A stretch of DNA of 40,693 bases from Clostridiales bacterium (GCA_031297485.1 JAISYE010000067.1:1-40693); one strand, 5' to 3'; positions 1 through 9,734 are shown, counted from the first letter of the stretch. The notes: generated from the letters alone by a model not told the origin. Made by a program: numbers and translations.

Positions 1-1
1 T

Positions 2-853
2 ATAACCATACCATCCGGACGCGGAGGCGCAGAGATTGCCGGAAGTTCCATAATCAGAATTGTGAATTCCGGAAAACCTCTGGAGGTAAAGACCGGTTTC
101 TTTACATTCACCGCTACTACGCCAGTTATATCAGGCTGGAACGCAAAGGAAAGCTCCGTGGTTTATATTCAACTGTCGCCGGTCAGCAAAAACCCGGATA
201 ATATTTTGGTAAGCAGCCTTAGCAAAGTAAACAGCGTAAACCGTGATCTGGCCAAAAAGATTTTCACTCTGGATGTAAAAGTAGACGGCAGAACTGTCCC
301 AAGGAGCGTCCAACCCGTAAAGATGACCATCAGCACAAAGGGCTTTACGCCTGAACAGCTAGCGAACCTTACAGGAGTGTATTACAACAGCGCCCTGTCG
401 TCCTACAGGCAGCTTGGCGGCAAATTGTCCGCCGATGGGACTACCTTCAGCTTCTATACCTATGATAGCGGAAATTACGGCGTCATAGTAAGCAGCAATT
501 TATCAAAAATCAACTTTGCAATTGGAGACAAAAACTTCACAAAGAACGGCAGTTCGGTAGCCAATGACGTAGCGCCGTATATTTCTCCTGAGGGCAAGAC
601 AATGGTGCCTCTGCGCGCGATGGCGGAGTCGCTTGGCGCCATCATAGCCTGGAACGACGCGACAAAGACTATAGCAATAAGCAAGGGCAGCATTGTAACG
701 CGCCTTACCTTGGGCCAGCAGCTTCCCAATGGCATGGGAGGCCTGGAGCTTCAAAGCGGACGCACGTTTGTCCCAATAAGATATGTGGCCGAACAATTTG
801 AGGCAAACGTCGTCTGGGACGACGCAACAAATAGTGTGGATATCTATCAATAA
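2..853 (+). CDS. Surface/secreted protein, 5' partial, with C-terminal copper amine oxidase N-terminal (stalk) domain
   Basis: Frame is open from position 2 to TAA at 853. C-terminus carries typical stalk-domain motifs 'APYISPEGKTMVPLRAMAESLGA..W' and 'GRTFVPIRYVAEQFEANVVWD'. Confidence 0.85.
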   Translation: MTIPSGRGGAEIAGSSIIRIVNSGKPLEVKTGFFTFTATTPVISGWNAKESSVVYIQLSPVSKNPDNILVSSLSKVNSVNRDLAKKIFTLDVKVDGRTVPRSVQPVKMTISTKGFTPEQLANLTGVYYNSALSSYRQLGGKLSADGTTFSFYTYDSGNYGVIVSSNLSKINFAIGDKNFTKNGSSVANDVAPYISPEGKTMVPLRAMAESLGAIIAWNDATKTIAISKGSIVTRLTLGQQLPNGMGGLELQSGRTFVPIRYVAEQFEANVVWDDATNSVDIYQ

Positions 854-950
854 ATTAAAATCAATTTCCCATTGTCCATCCGCGCCGCCTGGCACCTGGC
901 GCCCTGGCACACGCGCCGGAAATTCCGGCCCCAAATGGACAAAACGGCAG

Positions 951-982
951 CACCCGCCTGATTTCCCGGCGGGTGTTTTTTT
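951..982 (+). terminator. Rho-independent terminator
   Basis: cacccgcc-tgatttccc-ggcgggtg hairpin followed by a T7 run, downstream of the 2..853 gene. Confidence 0.75.
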
Positions 983-1136
983 GCCCTTATTGATTAATAT
1001 TATTAGAAACGTAGGGCTGCGGACGAAACGAATATGTATTACAGCGGGCGGTAACAATACGACAATTTGAAAGACCCAAAATTTAGTCCGTGACGCGCAA
1101 AAGAACTGAAAATTCAGAACAGGGAGTCTGGGAGCG

Positions 1137-1450
1137 TAAGCGCGAACTTAAGAAAAAAACAAACAATCCCTTTTACGCCGAGCAAGCTCGTATCCTTAAA
1201 AAGGTTCTACCTGCATCAAAAGCGCTGCATTCCCCGCCCTTAAGAAGGGGTCTGCGCCGGGCAAGCTCGGCCGGGGCCGGAACATCCGGTATCGGGGATG
1301 GAATCCCCAGCGGGGTTAGGGGCCAACGAACAAACCATCGTTAGGCCCCTAACGGTGAGGTGTCCGTTGGTCTTAAGATTTTGACCTTCCCTAAGCCTTA
1401 AGCTCGCGCCAATGGGGTCTGGGCGGCGCCCCTAACGGTGCAGTGTCGTT
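1137..1450 (+). repeat. Modular palindromic repeat, family A
   Basis: Shares long blocks (same or reverse-complement orientation) with 7595-7927, 15519-15733 and 23518-23720, e.g. ggggccaacgaacaaaccatcgttag and ctaacggtga..tgtccgttggt.ttaag.ttttgacctt. Confidence 0.85.
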
Positions 1451-1453
1451 TCT

Positions 1454-2734
1454 CTATTCCATTAATTTTTCAAGCGAGGCAATCTCGACCGCTGCGCAGA
1501 ATATTTCCATGGCCAGCTTCAGTTCGTCCAGAGTAGGGTAGGTGGGCGCTATGCGTATGTTGCTGTCAAATGGGTCGCGGCCATATGGGAATGTGGCGCC
1601 GGCCGGCGTCATTGTTACGCCCGCTTCCTTGCAAAGTTGGACAATACGCTTCGCGCAGCCGTTAAGGGAATTAAAGCTGATAAAGTATCCGCCGTTAGGC
1701 TTGCTCCACCAGGCGATTTCCTTGCCTTGCAGATACCGCGTTAAAATTTCATCTACCGCGTCAAATTTCGGCTTGATGTTTTCCGCCATTTTGCGCATGT
1801 GGCCCCGTACGCCTTGCACGTCGCCGAAGAAGCGCACGTGGCGCAGCTGGTTAAGTTTGTCCGGGCCCACGGTTTGTATGTTCATTCTTTTTAAAATGTA
1901 CTGGCAGTTGGACGCGGACGAGGCTATGGCCGACACAGCCGCACCGGAAAAGCTTACTTTTGAAAAGGATGTGAATATAAGGGGCATGTGGGGGTTATTC
2001 ACTTTTTCACATTCGCGCAGAATGTTCGGTATCTTGGGGACTTCGCCGTTAAACGCGTGGACGCAGTACGCGTTGTCCCAATACAGGCGGAAATCAAAGG
2101 CTTTGGGCTGCAAGCCGGCTATGCGCATAACAGTTGCGTCGGAATAGACGCAGCCGTCGGGGTTGGAGAATATAGGCACGCAGAACATGCCTTTTATAAG
2201 CGGATCGCCTGATACCAGGGTTTCCACCATGTCCATGTCCGGCCCGTCCGCTTTCATGGGAATGGGTATCATTTCAATATGGAAATAATCGCACATGGCA
2301 AAATGTCTGTCATAGCCCGGCACCGGACATATAAACCTGATGCTGCCCTGCCTCTGCCAAGGTATGCCGTCCCGCACGCCGTGGGTCATATTGGAGGCGA
2401 TATTGTCAAACATCATGCTTAGGCTTGAATTGCCTCCTACCAGTACCTCTGTTACGTCTATATCAAGAATATCCGCAAAAATACGCTTCATTTCCATAAT
2501 GCCGTCCAGGCCGCCGTAATTGCGGCAGTCAACGCCTGTGCAGCTTGTGTAGTCGTCATGAGAAAGACAATCCAATAGCCCGCTGGATAAATCCAGCTGC
2601 TGCTTGCTGGGCTTGCCCCGCGACATGTCTAACCGCAGGCCCATCTTCTGAAACGCGTCATATTTCTTATGCAAATCGTGATATAGCTCTGTTATTTTTG
2701 CAACAGATAGCTTGTTATACGCAACTACGGACAT
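1454..2734 (-). CDS. PLP-dependent aminotransferase class I/II (aspartate aminotransferase, Rv3722c-like subfamily)
   Basis: Motifs 'LDMSRGKP', 'CPVPGYDRHF', 'WDNAY', 'SFSKVSF' (PLP lysine) and 'RIAPT'; GGGGAG RBS upstream. Confidence 0.88.
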   Translation of the reverse strand: MSVVAYNKLSVAKITELYHDLHKKYDAFQKMGLRLDMSRGKPSKQQLDLSSGLLDCLSHDDYTSCTGVDCRNYGGLDGIMEMKRIFADILDIDVTEVLVGGNSSLSMMFDNIASNMTHGVRDGIPWQRQGSIRFICPVPGYDRHFAMCDYFHIEMIPIPMKADGPDMDMVETLVSGDPLIKGMFCVPIFSNPDGCVYSDATVMRIAGLQPKAFDFRLYWDNAYCVHAFNGEVPKIPNILRECEKVNNPHMPLIFTSFSKVSFSGAAVSAIASSASNCQYILKRMNIQTVGPDKLNQLRHVRFFGDVQGVRGHMRKMAENIKPKFDAVDEILTRYLQGKEIAWWSKPNGGYFISFNSLNGCAKRIVQLCKEAGVTMTPAGATFPYGRDPFDSNIRIAPTYPTLDELKLAMEIFCAAVEIASLEKLME

Positions 2735-2807
2735 AATTCTCCCCTGCCTATTTAATAGTCATCCGGGACCGCCCGCGTTATTCATACGGGTCCCTGCCAA
2801 GATGTGG

Positions 2808-2841
2808 TCGGAACGCGCCGCCCTTGTTTGTCGGGTTCTTT
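2808..2841 (-). repeat. Internally deleted family C element in the aminotransferase leader
   Basis: Minus strand reads aaagaacccgacaaacaagggcggcgcg-ttccg, matching both ends of the 59-bp unit at 11571-11629. Confidence 0.65.
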
Positions 2842-2856
2842 ATTGAAACTGTTACA

Positions 2857-2884
2857 ATAATAGCAGGATGGCGCAAAATGTCAA
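2857..2884 (-). promoter_or_regulatory. Putative sigma-A promoter of the aminotransferase
   Basis: Minus strand: TTGACA-16 nt-TATTAT with a TG extended -10. Confidence 0.5.
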
Positions 2885-2991
2885 GAGCCGATAATTTTGA
2901 ACAGCTCCGAAAGGTAAAAATTGAGGGGATGCATATCCAAGAGGCGGGCATATATATGTTTTATATATTTACCTGTTAGTTTGACAAACTC

Positions 2992-3054
2992 AAAAAGTTA
3001 TCCACAGTTGGGACCGCACCTGTTGATTAGCCTAATACCTGCGGATAACTTTTT
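2992..3054. promoter_or_regulatory. Inverted repeat whose arms are DnaA boxes; may also act as a terminator
   Basis: TTATCCACA at 2998-3006 (perfect box) and TGCGGATAA at 3040-3048 (1 mismatch, opposite strand). Arms are aaaaagttatccacag / ctgcggataacttttt. Confidence 0.5.
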
Positions 3055-3131
3055 TATAAGCGGCGGGCTATAAATTTTCCTTCTTCGCTCGCCAAACCCA
3101 GCCGAGAAGGTATGGCTTCTATATAACCGCG

Positions 3132-4157
3132 CTATACTTTGGTTCCGCACTCGGCACAGAATTTTGCCTCCGGTGCCATCTTCGCGCCGCAATTCTGGCA
3201 GAACCTCGCGGTGTTAGGCTCGTTTTTAGCTCCGCACTGGCTGCAAAACTTGGCCGTTGGGCTTATAGCCGCGCCGCAGGACGCGCAGGGAATTGTCCTC
3301 GCGGGCGTTTCAGGCTGAGGCCCACCGAACATGCCGTCAACCATCCGCATCCCCGCCGCCAAGCCCATAGCGCCCTGCATGGCCGCGCCCGCCGCGCTGT
3401 TCCCGCCCTGTGCAAAAGAATCCGCCATAGCTGCGCGGGTGTACTGGTCAATATTACCAATCATGCCCGCACCCGCCGCGTTGTTGATCCGGACTTGAAC
3501 TTCATCGGGATAATTGAAGCTGCTTACGTTGAAGGCTGTAATCGTCAGGCCTGCTTTACGCATTTCGCCGTCCATATCCTGCCGCAGGCCCGCGCTGATC
3601 TCAAAAGAGTTGGCTTGCAGGTTGAACATGTCTTTGCCCTCTTTGGAAATCCACTTCATTAAGCATTGATTTAAAAGGGCCAGCACGCGCTCCTTTACGT
3701 CTTCGACGGCGAAGGTGTCCTTCACGCCCGCGATTTTTTCAATAAGCGCGAGGTAATCGGCCACCTTAAAGCTGAAAGTGCCGAAAGCCCGCACCGGCAG
3801 GCCGCCCGGAAACTGCTGGGACGGCAGTAAAATGGGTTTGGACGTGCCCCAGTTTTCCGTGAATTCCTTCGTATTCACAAACAGCACCTCGGCGCGAAGC
3901 CCGGAATTAAAGCCGAACTTGAAGCCTTTCAGCGTACTGAGAAAGGGGATAATCTGCGTTTCGATTTCGTAGCTGCCATCCTTCTCAAATATACCTTCAA
4001 TCACGCCGTTGTTCAGGAAGACAGCGTCCTGGCCCGGACGGATTATGAGCCGGGAATTTTTCTTAATCTCCCGGTTGTTCCACTTCCAGAAGATTACGTC
4101 CTGCCGGGTCTCGCTCCACTCAATAACATTGAGTAACTGACTTTGCAAAATAGGCAT
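3132..4157 (-). CDS. SPFH (Band 7_1) domain protein with C-terminal double zinc ribbon, YdjI-like
   Basis: 'NVIEW..WKWNNREIKKNSRLIIRPGQDAVF..TQIIPFLSTLKGFKFGFNSG' plus four CxxC pairs at the C-terminus; third gene of a ydjGHI-like arrangement. Confidence 0.88.
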   Translation of the reverse strand: MPILQSQLLNVIEWSETRQDVIFWKWNNREIKKNSRLIIRPGQDAVFLNNGVIEGIFEKDGSYEIETQIIPFLSTLKGFKFGFNSGLRAEVLFVNTKEFTENWGTSKPILLPSQQFPGGLPVRAFGTFSFKVADYLALIEKIAGVKDTFAVEDVKERVLALLNQCLMKWISKEGKDMFNLQANSFEISAGLRQDMDGEMRKAGLTITAFNVSSFNYPDEVQVRINNAAGAGMIGNIDQYTRAAMADSFAQGGNSAAGAAMQGAMGLAAGMRMVDGMFGGPQPETPARTIPCASCGAAISPTAKFCSQCGAKNEPNTARFCQNCGAKMAPEAKFCAECGTKV

Positions 4158-4199
4158 ATGCTCAACTCCTTTATTGTCGCTTTGGCTTATCTAATATCA

Positions 4200-6299
4200 T
4201 TAAAAGCTTCTTTCAGAACGGCTGCTGTGACCGCTTCCACTGCTGCCGGAATGCCCGCCGCCGGATTCGGATTCGTTTTCGATCTTTCTCTTGGCCGTGT
4301 GGGTGGATATAAACCTGTCGCTGCTGTAATGCAGCGCCAAACTCTCTTCCGCCAGGTAATTGCGGGCCGGCACTTTGCGTTTCATACCATGACCATGCAG
4401 AAGACACAAAATGATGATTGTTATAAGCCCGGCGCACAGCGAGACAAGCAAGCTTAACCAAATAATAACAGGGAATCTTTCAGCCATAACCGCTTTAGGA
4501 ACCCATGAGCCAAGAGCTTTCGACGCGAGATTTACGTATTGCGTGCACACCGTTTCATAATCTCCGACGCTAACAGCGAGATTCGCCGCCGAGATTATCT
4601 CAGAATAAGCGTCATAGCCTATTTTGTCATAAGCCAGGCTGCCGTTGCGCGAAAGAAGCGCCGCCGGTTCGTCCCCCTCCACATCCGGCGGTATCCCAAC
4701 AGTCAGCAGAATAAAGCTGTCAGAAAGCCACTCGTTGTTTTCGCTTATAAACGCGTTGTCAAAGGCCCGCACGGCCTCGTAAGCCGGGTAAGGGGCTATG
4801 ACAAAGCAGAAACGTGTATGGTGCTTTTCGGACATCTCACGCATCTGCGCCGACAGTTTTCCTTTTTGCGCATCGGTCAGCTTATTGCCGTAGTCCCAAA
4901 TATAGCCTGCGGAATCCAACGCGGGCAGTTCAATATGCTCCGCCTGCCAAGAGTCCAGCTGATTACTGAGGAAACGCGCGCAGGCGGTGTACACGGAATA
5001 ATAAAAAAGCTTGTCGTTTACGTCGTAGTCATCGCCGGACAGTACGCTGTTTTCCGGGTCATAGGCGCCAAAGGGCGCTGTGACGGCGTCTCCATAGGTT
5101 TTAGAGCCGGAAATGACCAGCATATAAGCGCCGTCATATTCCGCTTTATCCTTAAAATTTTGGTTGTAAAACGCGCCCGCGAAACGCCGCAAATAATCCT
5201 TGTCAACGGATTCGTCCAGCAGGACGATAATGTAATCCACGCCGGACTTGTCAGACACGTCCCTGATTCGCTCGGACAATACGCCGTATTCCGTTTCAGT
5301 CAGTGTCCCCGCGAAATCATACAGCCGCAGCGACGGGTTCACTTCCGGCGCGTCGATGTTGTATTCCGAGCGTTTCTTTTTCACCAGCGCGGACATCTCA
5401 TCCACAAAAGTGTCCGCCGCCTTGACGTAACCGTCAGTCACAAGGTCGGGCGCAAACGCGTCAATCGCGCTAGAAATTTCGTCGTCGGATACCATCGTCC
5501 GCAATTCGCCGAAACAATCCACCGACACGCGCCGCGTCGTCATATTTATGGAGAGAACCACGCCGTCAAATACGCCGCCCTCGCCCTGGAAACTATCGTT
5601 GAAAAATTGATACGCGAAATCCTCCAGTAACACATCTTTATCCGTCGTTAAAATGAGAAAGTGTGCGCCCGTATCCACTGACACAGCGCCCAAAACGCCG
5701 TTTAGACGCTCCCTTTCCGCTTGGCTGAAAAGGCCGGCATCGTCGTACAGATTCCGTTCCCGCGTAAGAAAAGCCTGATCGGAACGCCGCCGCTCATCGG
5801 CGCTGTTTTCGGAAGGGATCAGCTTAACGTACCGGAGGTTGATTAAGTACTCTCCTTGCCCTGGTTCCATCGGCGTAAGGGACAAGGCAATATCGCCTTC
5901 CGGAATAGTAAGGCTTCCGGCGGATATTTCCTCATAAACAGACCAATTGTCGCCGGTTGGCGGCAGTGAAAGTTCGATTGCGCTTTCGCCGCCGGTTACG
6001 TATAATTTCAGTTCGGCGGAGCCGTTTCTATCATCCTGCTTGGCATATGCCAAAACAACATCGCAGGGGCCCGCCCGCCGCGATGTGAATTCAAAATAAA
6101 CCTCGCTGACGTCTTTCCAGCCGCCTATGTTGTAGGGCGGAGTATCCGGCTCTATGACCATGCCAGCCGCGCCGTCAATAATCGCGTCTTGCGCGTAGAG
6201 GGTAATTTCATCCGCTGAAGCGGGAGATTGCGACGCGAAAGCCGTAAGCGACATCAGTCCGCAGGCAATCATAACAAGGCAAACCCAACGTCTCACCAT
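4200..6299 (-). CDS. TPM-domain membrane protein, YdjH-like, with N-terminal carbohydrate-binding-module-like domain and three TPM repeats
   Basis: Start at ATG 6299 overlaps the upstream TAA. Signal peptide; beta-sandwich segment ('NIGGW..TGDNWSVY..INLRYVKLIP'); three TPM starts ('LYDDAGLFS', 'LYDFAGTLT', 'IWDYGNKLT'); C-terminal TM helix and Gly/Ser tail. Confidence 0.8.
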   Translation of the reverse strand: MVRRWVCLVMIACGLMSLTAFASQSPASADEITLYAQDAIIDGAAGMVIEPDTPPYNIGGWKDVSEVYFEFTSRRAGPCDVVLAYAKQDDRNGSAELKLYVTGGESAIELSLPPTGDNWSVYEEISAGSLTIPEGDIALSLTPMEPGQGEYLINLRYVKLIPSENSADERRRSDQAFLTRERNLYDDAGLFSQAERERLNGVLGAVSVDTGAHFLILTTDKDVLLEDFAYQFFNDSFQGEGGVFDGVVLSINMTTRRVSVDCFGELRTMVSDDEISSAIDAFAPDLVTDGYVKAADTFVDEMSALVKKKRSEYNIDAPEVNPSLRLYDFAGTLTETEYGVLSERIRDVSDKSGVDYIIVLLDESVDKDYLRRFAGAFYNQNFKDKAEYDGAYMLVISGSKTYGDAVTAPFGAYDPENSVLSGDDYDVNDKLFYYSVYTACARFLSNQLDSWQAEHIELPALDSAGYIWDYGNKLTDAQKGKLSAQMREMSEKHHTRFCFVIAPYPAYEAVRAFDNAFISENNEWLSDSFILLTVGIPPDVEGDEPAALLSRNGSLAYDKIGYDAYSEIISAANLAVSVGDYETVCTQYVNLASKALGSWVPKAVMAERFPVIIWLSLLVSLCAGLITIIILCLLHGHGMKRKVPARNYLAEESLALHYSSDRFISTHTAKRKIENESESGGGHSGSSGSGHSSRSERSF

Positions 6300-7417
6300 T
6301 AACCGGCTATCCACAGCCAGACCTCCCATCCAAGAACCGCAGCCGCGAAAACAACCGCGGACAGCAACACGAACAGTACGCCTGCGCGCCGCCAGTCTAT
6401 GGGAAGCTTGCCGTCAAACTTGCCCGTCTGCCCGTTGATTGCGAACAGGAAATCCCTATGCTTGTACTGGGCCGTCAGCATCCAAACGGGAAACATCACA
6501 TATTCAGAGGACATTCTGTCAATAGAAGTGTCTCCCGAACGGAGCGTGACGGAATCATAACCTTGCATCGTGCGCAAAAGCTCATTCTGCGCGGCCAGCC
6601 TGACGCGCGCGGAAACAGCGGCGATTAAGCTATCTTGCTTCGAGGTCGGCGCTTCCGCGAAGTGGCCCAAAAGATAATTTTGAGAAAAGGGCGTCAGTTC
6701 CGACGTTTCGAATGGTTCGACAGCTTGCATGTCCTCGTCAGTGATTTTTTCGGAGGCGTCCGCGGGAACGCCGTTAAAATCCATCACACCGGCTCTGCGG
6801 GATTCATAGGTATCTGTTTTCGTATATTCGTAATTGCCGTCGCTCCATCGCCGTGTGTTGGTACATTCGGCTGTAACGCAAGCGGAGCATTGGGTGTCAA
6901 AGAGTTTGAACGGTACATAAACGCTCTTAAACCCGCTCGTTTTCACCGCCGCCTTGAAAGCGGCAGGCAGCAGGGGCTTGTTCTTCAGCTTTGACAGAAA
7001 TATTTCAGCGGCTTCAGCCGAGGTTTTCTTAAACGGTATAATACGGCTTGGCAAATCATCCCCGGAGACGAGCCTTTCAGCTATGACGACGGGATTCCGG
7101 CAGAACGTGCAGAACGCCGCCGCCAGGGTTTCGCTGCCCGCCATAACCTCCGCCCCGCAAGCCGGGCAATTGTAGGTACGTAGATGGATCGCTTGTTCCT
7201 GGGTTTCAGATTTCCTCCCAACCGAAGGGTCAGCGGTTTGCCGCGCGATTACGCTTACGGATTCCCATACGCCGTCGTTTTGTTCCTCCGGGTAAACGTT
7301 CCGCATTTGTTCCAGCGTAAACTTAGAGCCGCAATGGTCGCAGGCAAAAGCCTTTTCCGCTATATCGTAGCGTATGGCTCCGCCGCAGTTTAAGCATGAG
7401 CATAGGGTAACAGCCAT
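6299..7417 (-). CDS. Zinc-ribbon membrane protein, YdjG-like
   Basis: Four CxxC motifs, 'YVPF', 'VPADAS', 'EPF', 'PVW..NGQTGK..G.LP' and a C-terminal TM helix; AGGAGG RBS. Confidence 0.85.
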   Translation of the reverse strand: MAVTLCSCLNCGGAIRYDIAEKAFACDHCGSKFTLEQMRNVYPEEQNDGVWESVSVIARQTADPSVGRKSETQEQAIHLRTYNCPACGAEVMAGSETLAAAFCTFCRNPVVIAERLVSGDDLPSRIIPFKKTSAEAAEIFLSKLKNKPLLPAAFKAAVKTSGFKSVYVPFKLFDTQCSACVTAECTNTRRWSDGNYEYTKTDTYESRRAGVMDFNGVPADASEKITDEDMQAVEPFETSELTPFSQNYLLGHFAEAPTSKQDSLIAAVSARVRLAAQNELLRTMQGYDSVTLRSGDTSIDRMSSEYVMFPVWMLTAQYKHRDFLFAINGQTGKFDGKLPIDWRRAGVLFVLLSAVVFAAAVLGWEVWLWIAG

Positions 7418-7478
7418 ATGTGCCGCCTCCTGTTTTCTCTATAGTAATGACGAAAGTAAGTTACCAAACTTTTTCGGA

Positions 7479-7499
7479 GATAGTCGAGCTTGCTCGACG
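7479..7499 (+). repeat. Family B palindromic half-element
   Basis: gatagtcgagcttgctcgacg, identical to the arm at 15773-15793. Confidence 0.75.
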
Positions 7500-7594
7500 A
7501 AAAGCGTTGAAGCGTTCGCATTTCCTGTGAAAAAGTTTGTCGTTTAATTATACTCACCGAACGAATACATTTGCCAAACATGAAGGCCTTAAAA

Positions 7595-7927
7595 CCTTGG
7601 GGCTCTGCCCCAAGCCCCGCTGGGGACCTAACGATGGTTTGTTCGTTGGCCCCCAGACCCCTTCTTAAGGGCGGCGAGTGCAGCGCTTTTTGATGCAGGT
7701 ACAGCCTTTTTTAAGAAAAGGGATTATTTGTTTTTTTCTTAAGTTCGCGCTTATAGGGCTCTGCCCCATGTGTACGAGCTAAGGCTTGTGGAAGGTCAAA
7801 AGATTAAGACCAACGGACAGTTCACCGTTAGGGGCCTAACGATGGTTTGTTCGTTGGCCCCCAGACCCCTTCTTAAGGGCGGCGAGTGCAGCGCTTTTTG
7901 ATGCAGGTACAGCCTTTTTTAAGAAAA
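7595..7927 (-). repeat. Modular palindromic repeat, family A, with an exact internal 93-bp direct duplication
   Basis: 7627-7719 is identical to 7835-7927. Blocks are reverse-complementary to 1137-1450. Confidence 0.9.
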
Positions 7928-7936
7928 CGTTAACGC

Positions 7937-8146
7937 TCACTGAGTCGCTGCGGTATAGGTTGTTATCTCCACTTCGGAACCGTAGAGCGCTTCGCTTGAA
8001 CTGTCACGTTCAAAAGTAAACGCGAGGACGTGATTCTCGTCCAAGTAATTATACAAGGTTCCGCTCCAATCTTGCTCGCCGCCGGAACACGCAGTAATTG
8101 TAACGAGCATAAGAACCGCTGTCAATGCCAATATAATCTTTTTCAT
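7937..8146 (-). pseudogene. Short lipoprotein, possibly truncated
   Basis: 'MKKIILALTAVLMLVTITAC' lipobox signal; only about 50 residues follow before a stop about 10 bp from the family A element. Confidence 0.5.
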
Positions 8147-8609
8147 TTCAAACACCACGTAATATATTTTTATTTACTGCCGCATAGTTCCGGCAAATTA
8201 TCCTGCCGCTTGATACGGCAGCGGCGGATTCCGCCCCCATAGCCGTATTCCATAAAAAATATGACAGGGAAAGCGATTAAGAAAACCGCGGTGATTACAA
8301 TCCAATAGCACAAATGGTAGCGGCCCAGCTTGCGGCCAGCGCGGAAGCCGCGAGGTTAATGAGTGCGCTGCCGATTCCGGTATGCGTGACGGGGCTTGTA
8401 AGAGCGCCAGCAACGCCCGACGCAATGCCCGCCGGCGCCAGCAGATGAAATGTCTGCACGTCAAGGGGTACGCCCTTCGCCGAAGTATGTGTTTCGCGTT
8501 TTTTGCGGCCACGCTTTCAGGACATCGCCTCCAGATTCCGGATTTTCCCGCCGTCCTCAAGCCGTATGCGCTTCTGCCGCGCGGCGAAGGAGAAACCGCG
8601 CATAAGGAA

Positions 8610-8647
8610 GCGCCCCGAGGCCGCGATTTAAGCCTTTGCCGGGGCGC
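8610..8647 (-). terminator. GC-rich hairpin downstream of the HD-GYP gene
   Basis: gcgccccg...cggggcgc stem with inner aggc/gcct pairing; weak U-tract. Confidence 0.4.
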
Positions 8648-8654
8648 GTTTAAA

Positions 8655-9734
8655 TCAGTATGGGCTGTTGTTGGTGTAGTCTTGGTGTTCGTAGTTTTTA
8701 AATTGGTCCTTTACCTCCATCATTGTTTCAAAAAGCAGCGGGTCGAGATGGGAGCCGGAGGACTTGCCCATAATATCCAGGGTTTCCTCGTGGGTAAATG
8801 CTTTCTTGTAGCAGCGCTCGGTAACAAGGGCGTCGTATACGTCCACAACCGCGACTATTCTGGCGGACAGCGGTATGTCCAGGTTCGCGGTGCCGTCGGG
8901 GTAGCCGCTGCCGTCCCAGCGCTCGTGATGCGAGCGGCAAATGTCGTAACAGTGCCTAACGTAGTCGTCCTCTTCATTGTTGGACATCAGGGACTTTATA
9001 ATGGTGCCCCCAATGGTTGTATGTGTTTTTATTACGTCGAATTCATCCGGTGTAAGTTTGCCGGGTTTAAGTAATATATTGTCCGGTATTCCTATCTTGC
9101 CTACATCGTGCAAGGGGACAGCCTTAACCAGCGCGTTATAGTTTCGCGACACTAAGTCCTGGGTGTAACGCCCTTGCTTTAACAACTGTGTTACCATTAT
9201 ACGCGCCAGTTCCCGGGTACGCTTGACATGCTGGCCGGATTCCAAACTCCGGTACTCTATCATGTTGGCTATGGATTCTAAAAAATTCTCCTTCGTTTGG
9301 ATAAGTTCCTGAGCCTTTTCCTCCACCATCATTTCCAGTTTGTCCCGATACAGGCTTAGTTCCAAATGGTTGGCTACGCGCAGCCGCACTATTTCAGGCA
9401 GAAACGGCTTGGATATATAGTCTACCGCCCCTGCCTGCAGCCCCTGCGTTTCACTGTCAGCCGCCGTGATGAAAATCACGGGGATTTTTTTAAGGACAGG
9501 GTCGTTTTTCATAAGCATGAGAACCTCAAAGCCGTCCATGCCAGGCATCATAATGTCCAGCAGCAGCAGGTTCGGCTTTACTATGGAATTGAGCATCTTG
9601 GACATGGCTTCTATGCCGTCGGAGGCTTCCTCAATTTCATAGTAGTCATGCAGAATTTCTTCCAGGATAATGCGGTTTGTTTCAATGTCGTCAACGACAA
9701 GGACCTTCGGCCGCCTTCCCGTCTCCAGGCTCAT
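8655..9734 (-). CDS. Response regulator with HD-GYP c-di-GMP phosphodiesterase domain (RpfG-like)
   Basis: REC domain 'VLVVDD..LLLDIMMPGMDG..KPF'; 'HDVGK', 'HHERWDGSGYP', 'DVYDAL'. Start moved to ATG 9734 after an AGGAGG RBS. Confidence 0.93.
   Translation of the reverse strand: MSLETGRRPKVLVVDDIETNRIILEEILHDYYEIEEASDGIEAMSKMLNSIVKPNLLLLDIMMPGMDGFEVLMLMKNDPVLKKIPVIFITAADSETQGLQAGAVDYISKPFLPEIVRLRVANHLELSLYRDKLEMMVEEKAQELIQTKENFLESIANMIEYRSLESGQHVKRTRELARIMVTQLLKQGRYTQDLVSRNYNALVKAVPLHDVGKIGIPDNILLKPGKLTPDEFDVIKTHTTIGGTIIKSLMSNNEEDDYVRHCYDICRSHHERWDGSGYPDGTANLDIPLSARIVAVVDVYDALVTERCYKKAFTHEETLDIMGKSSGSHLDPLLFETMMEVKDQFKNYEHQDYTNNSPY

Noticed and set aside
1090-1344. Short ORFs over repeats (also 11454-11822, 11502-11702, 21967-22197, 23501-23919, 35346-35600)
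   Set aside because: Translations of repeat DNA with no RBS or domain signal.
1321-1372. Integron attC sites (YYAAC...GTTRGGY resemblance)
   Set aside because: Only 12 nt separate the core-like motifs, far shorter than attC. There are no L boxes, cassette-like gene array or integrase.
2950-3054. Chromosomal origin (oriC)
   Set aside because: Too few DnaA boxes and none of the usual dnaA/dnaN/rpmH neighbours.
4539-5630. Long antisense ORFs (also 1542-2147, 8382-9074, 13207-13848 and minus-strand ORFs after 37500)
   Set aside because: Shadow frames opposite well-supported genes in GC-rich sequence.
7595-7927. CRISPR array
   Set aside because: Repeats are irregularly spaced, the intervening sequences are themselves repeated, and there are no cas genes in the window.
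8198-8600. c-di-GMP riboswitch or small gene downstream of the HD-GYP gene
   Set aside because: Several GC hairpins are present, but there is no recognisable riboswitch consensus and no convincing ORF.
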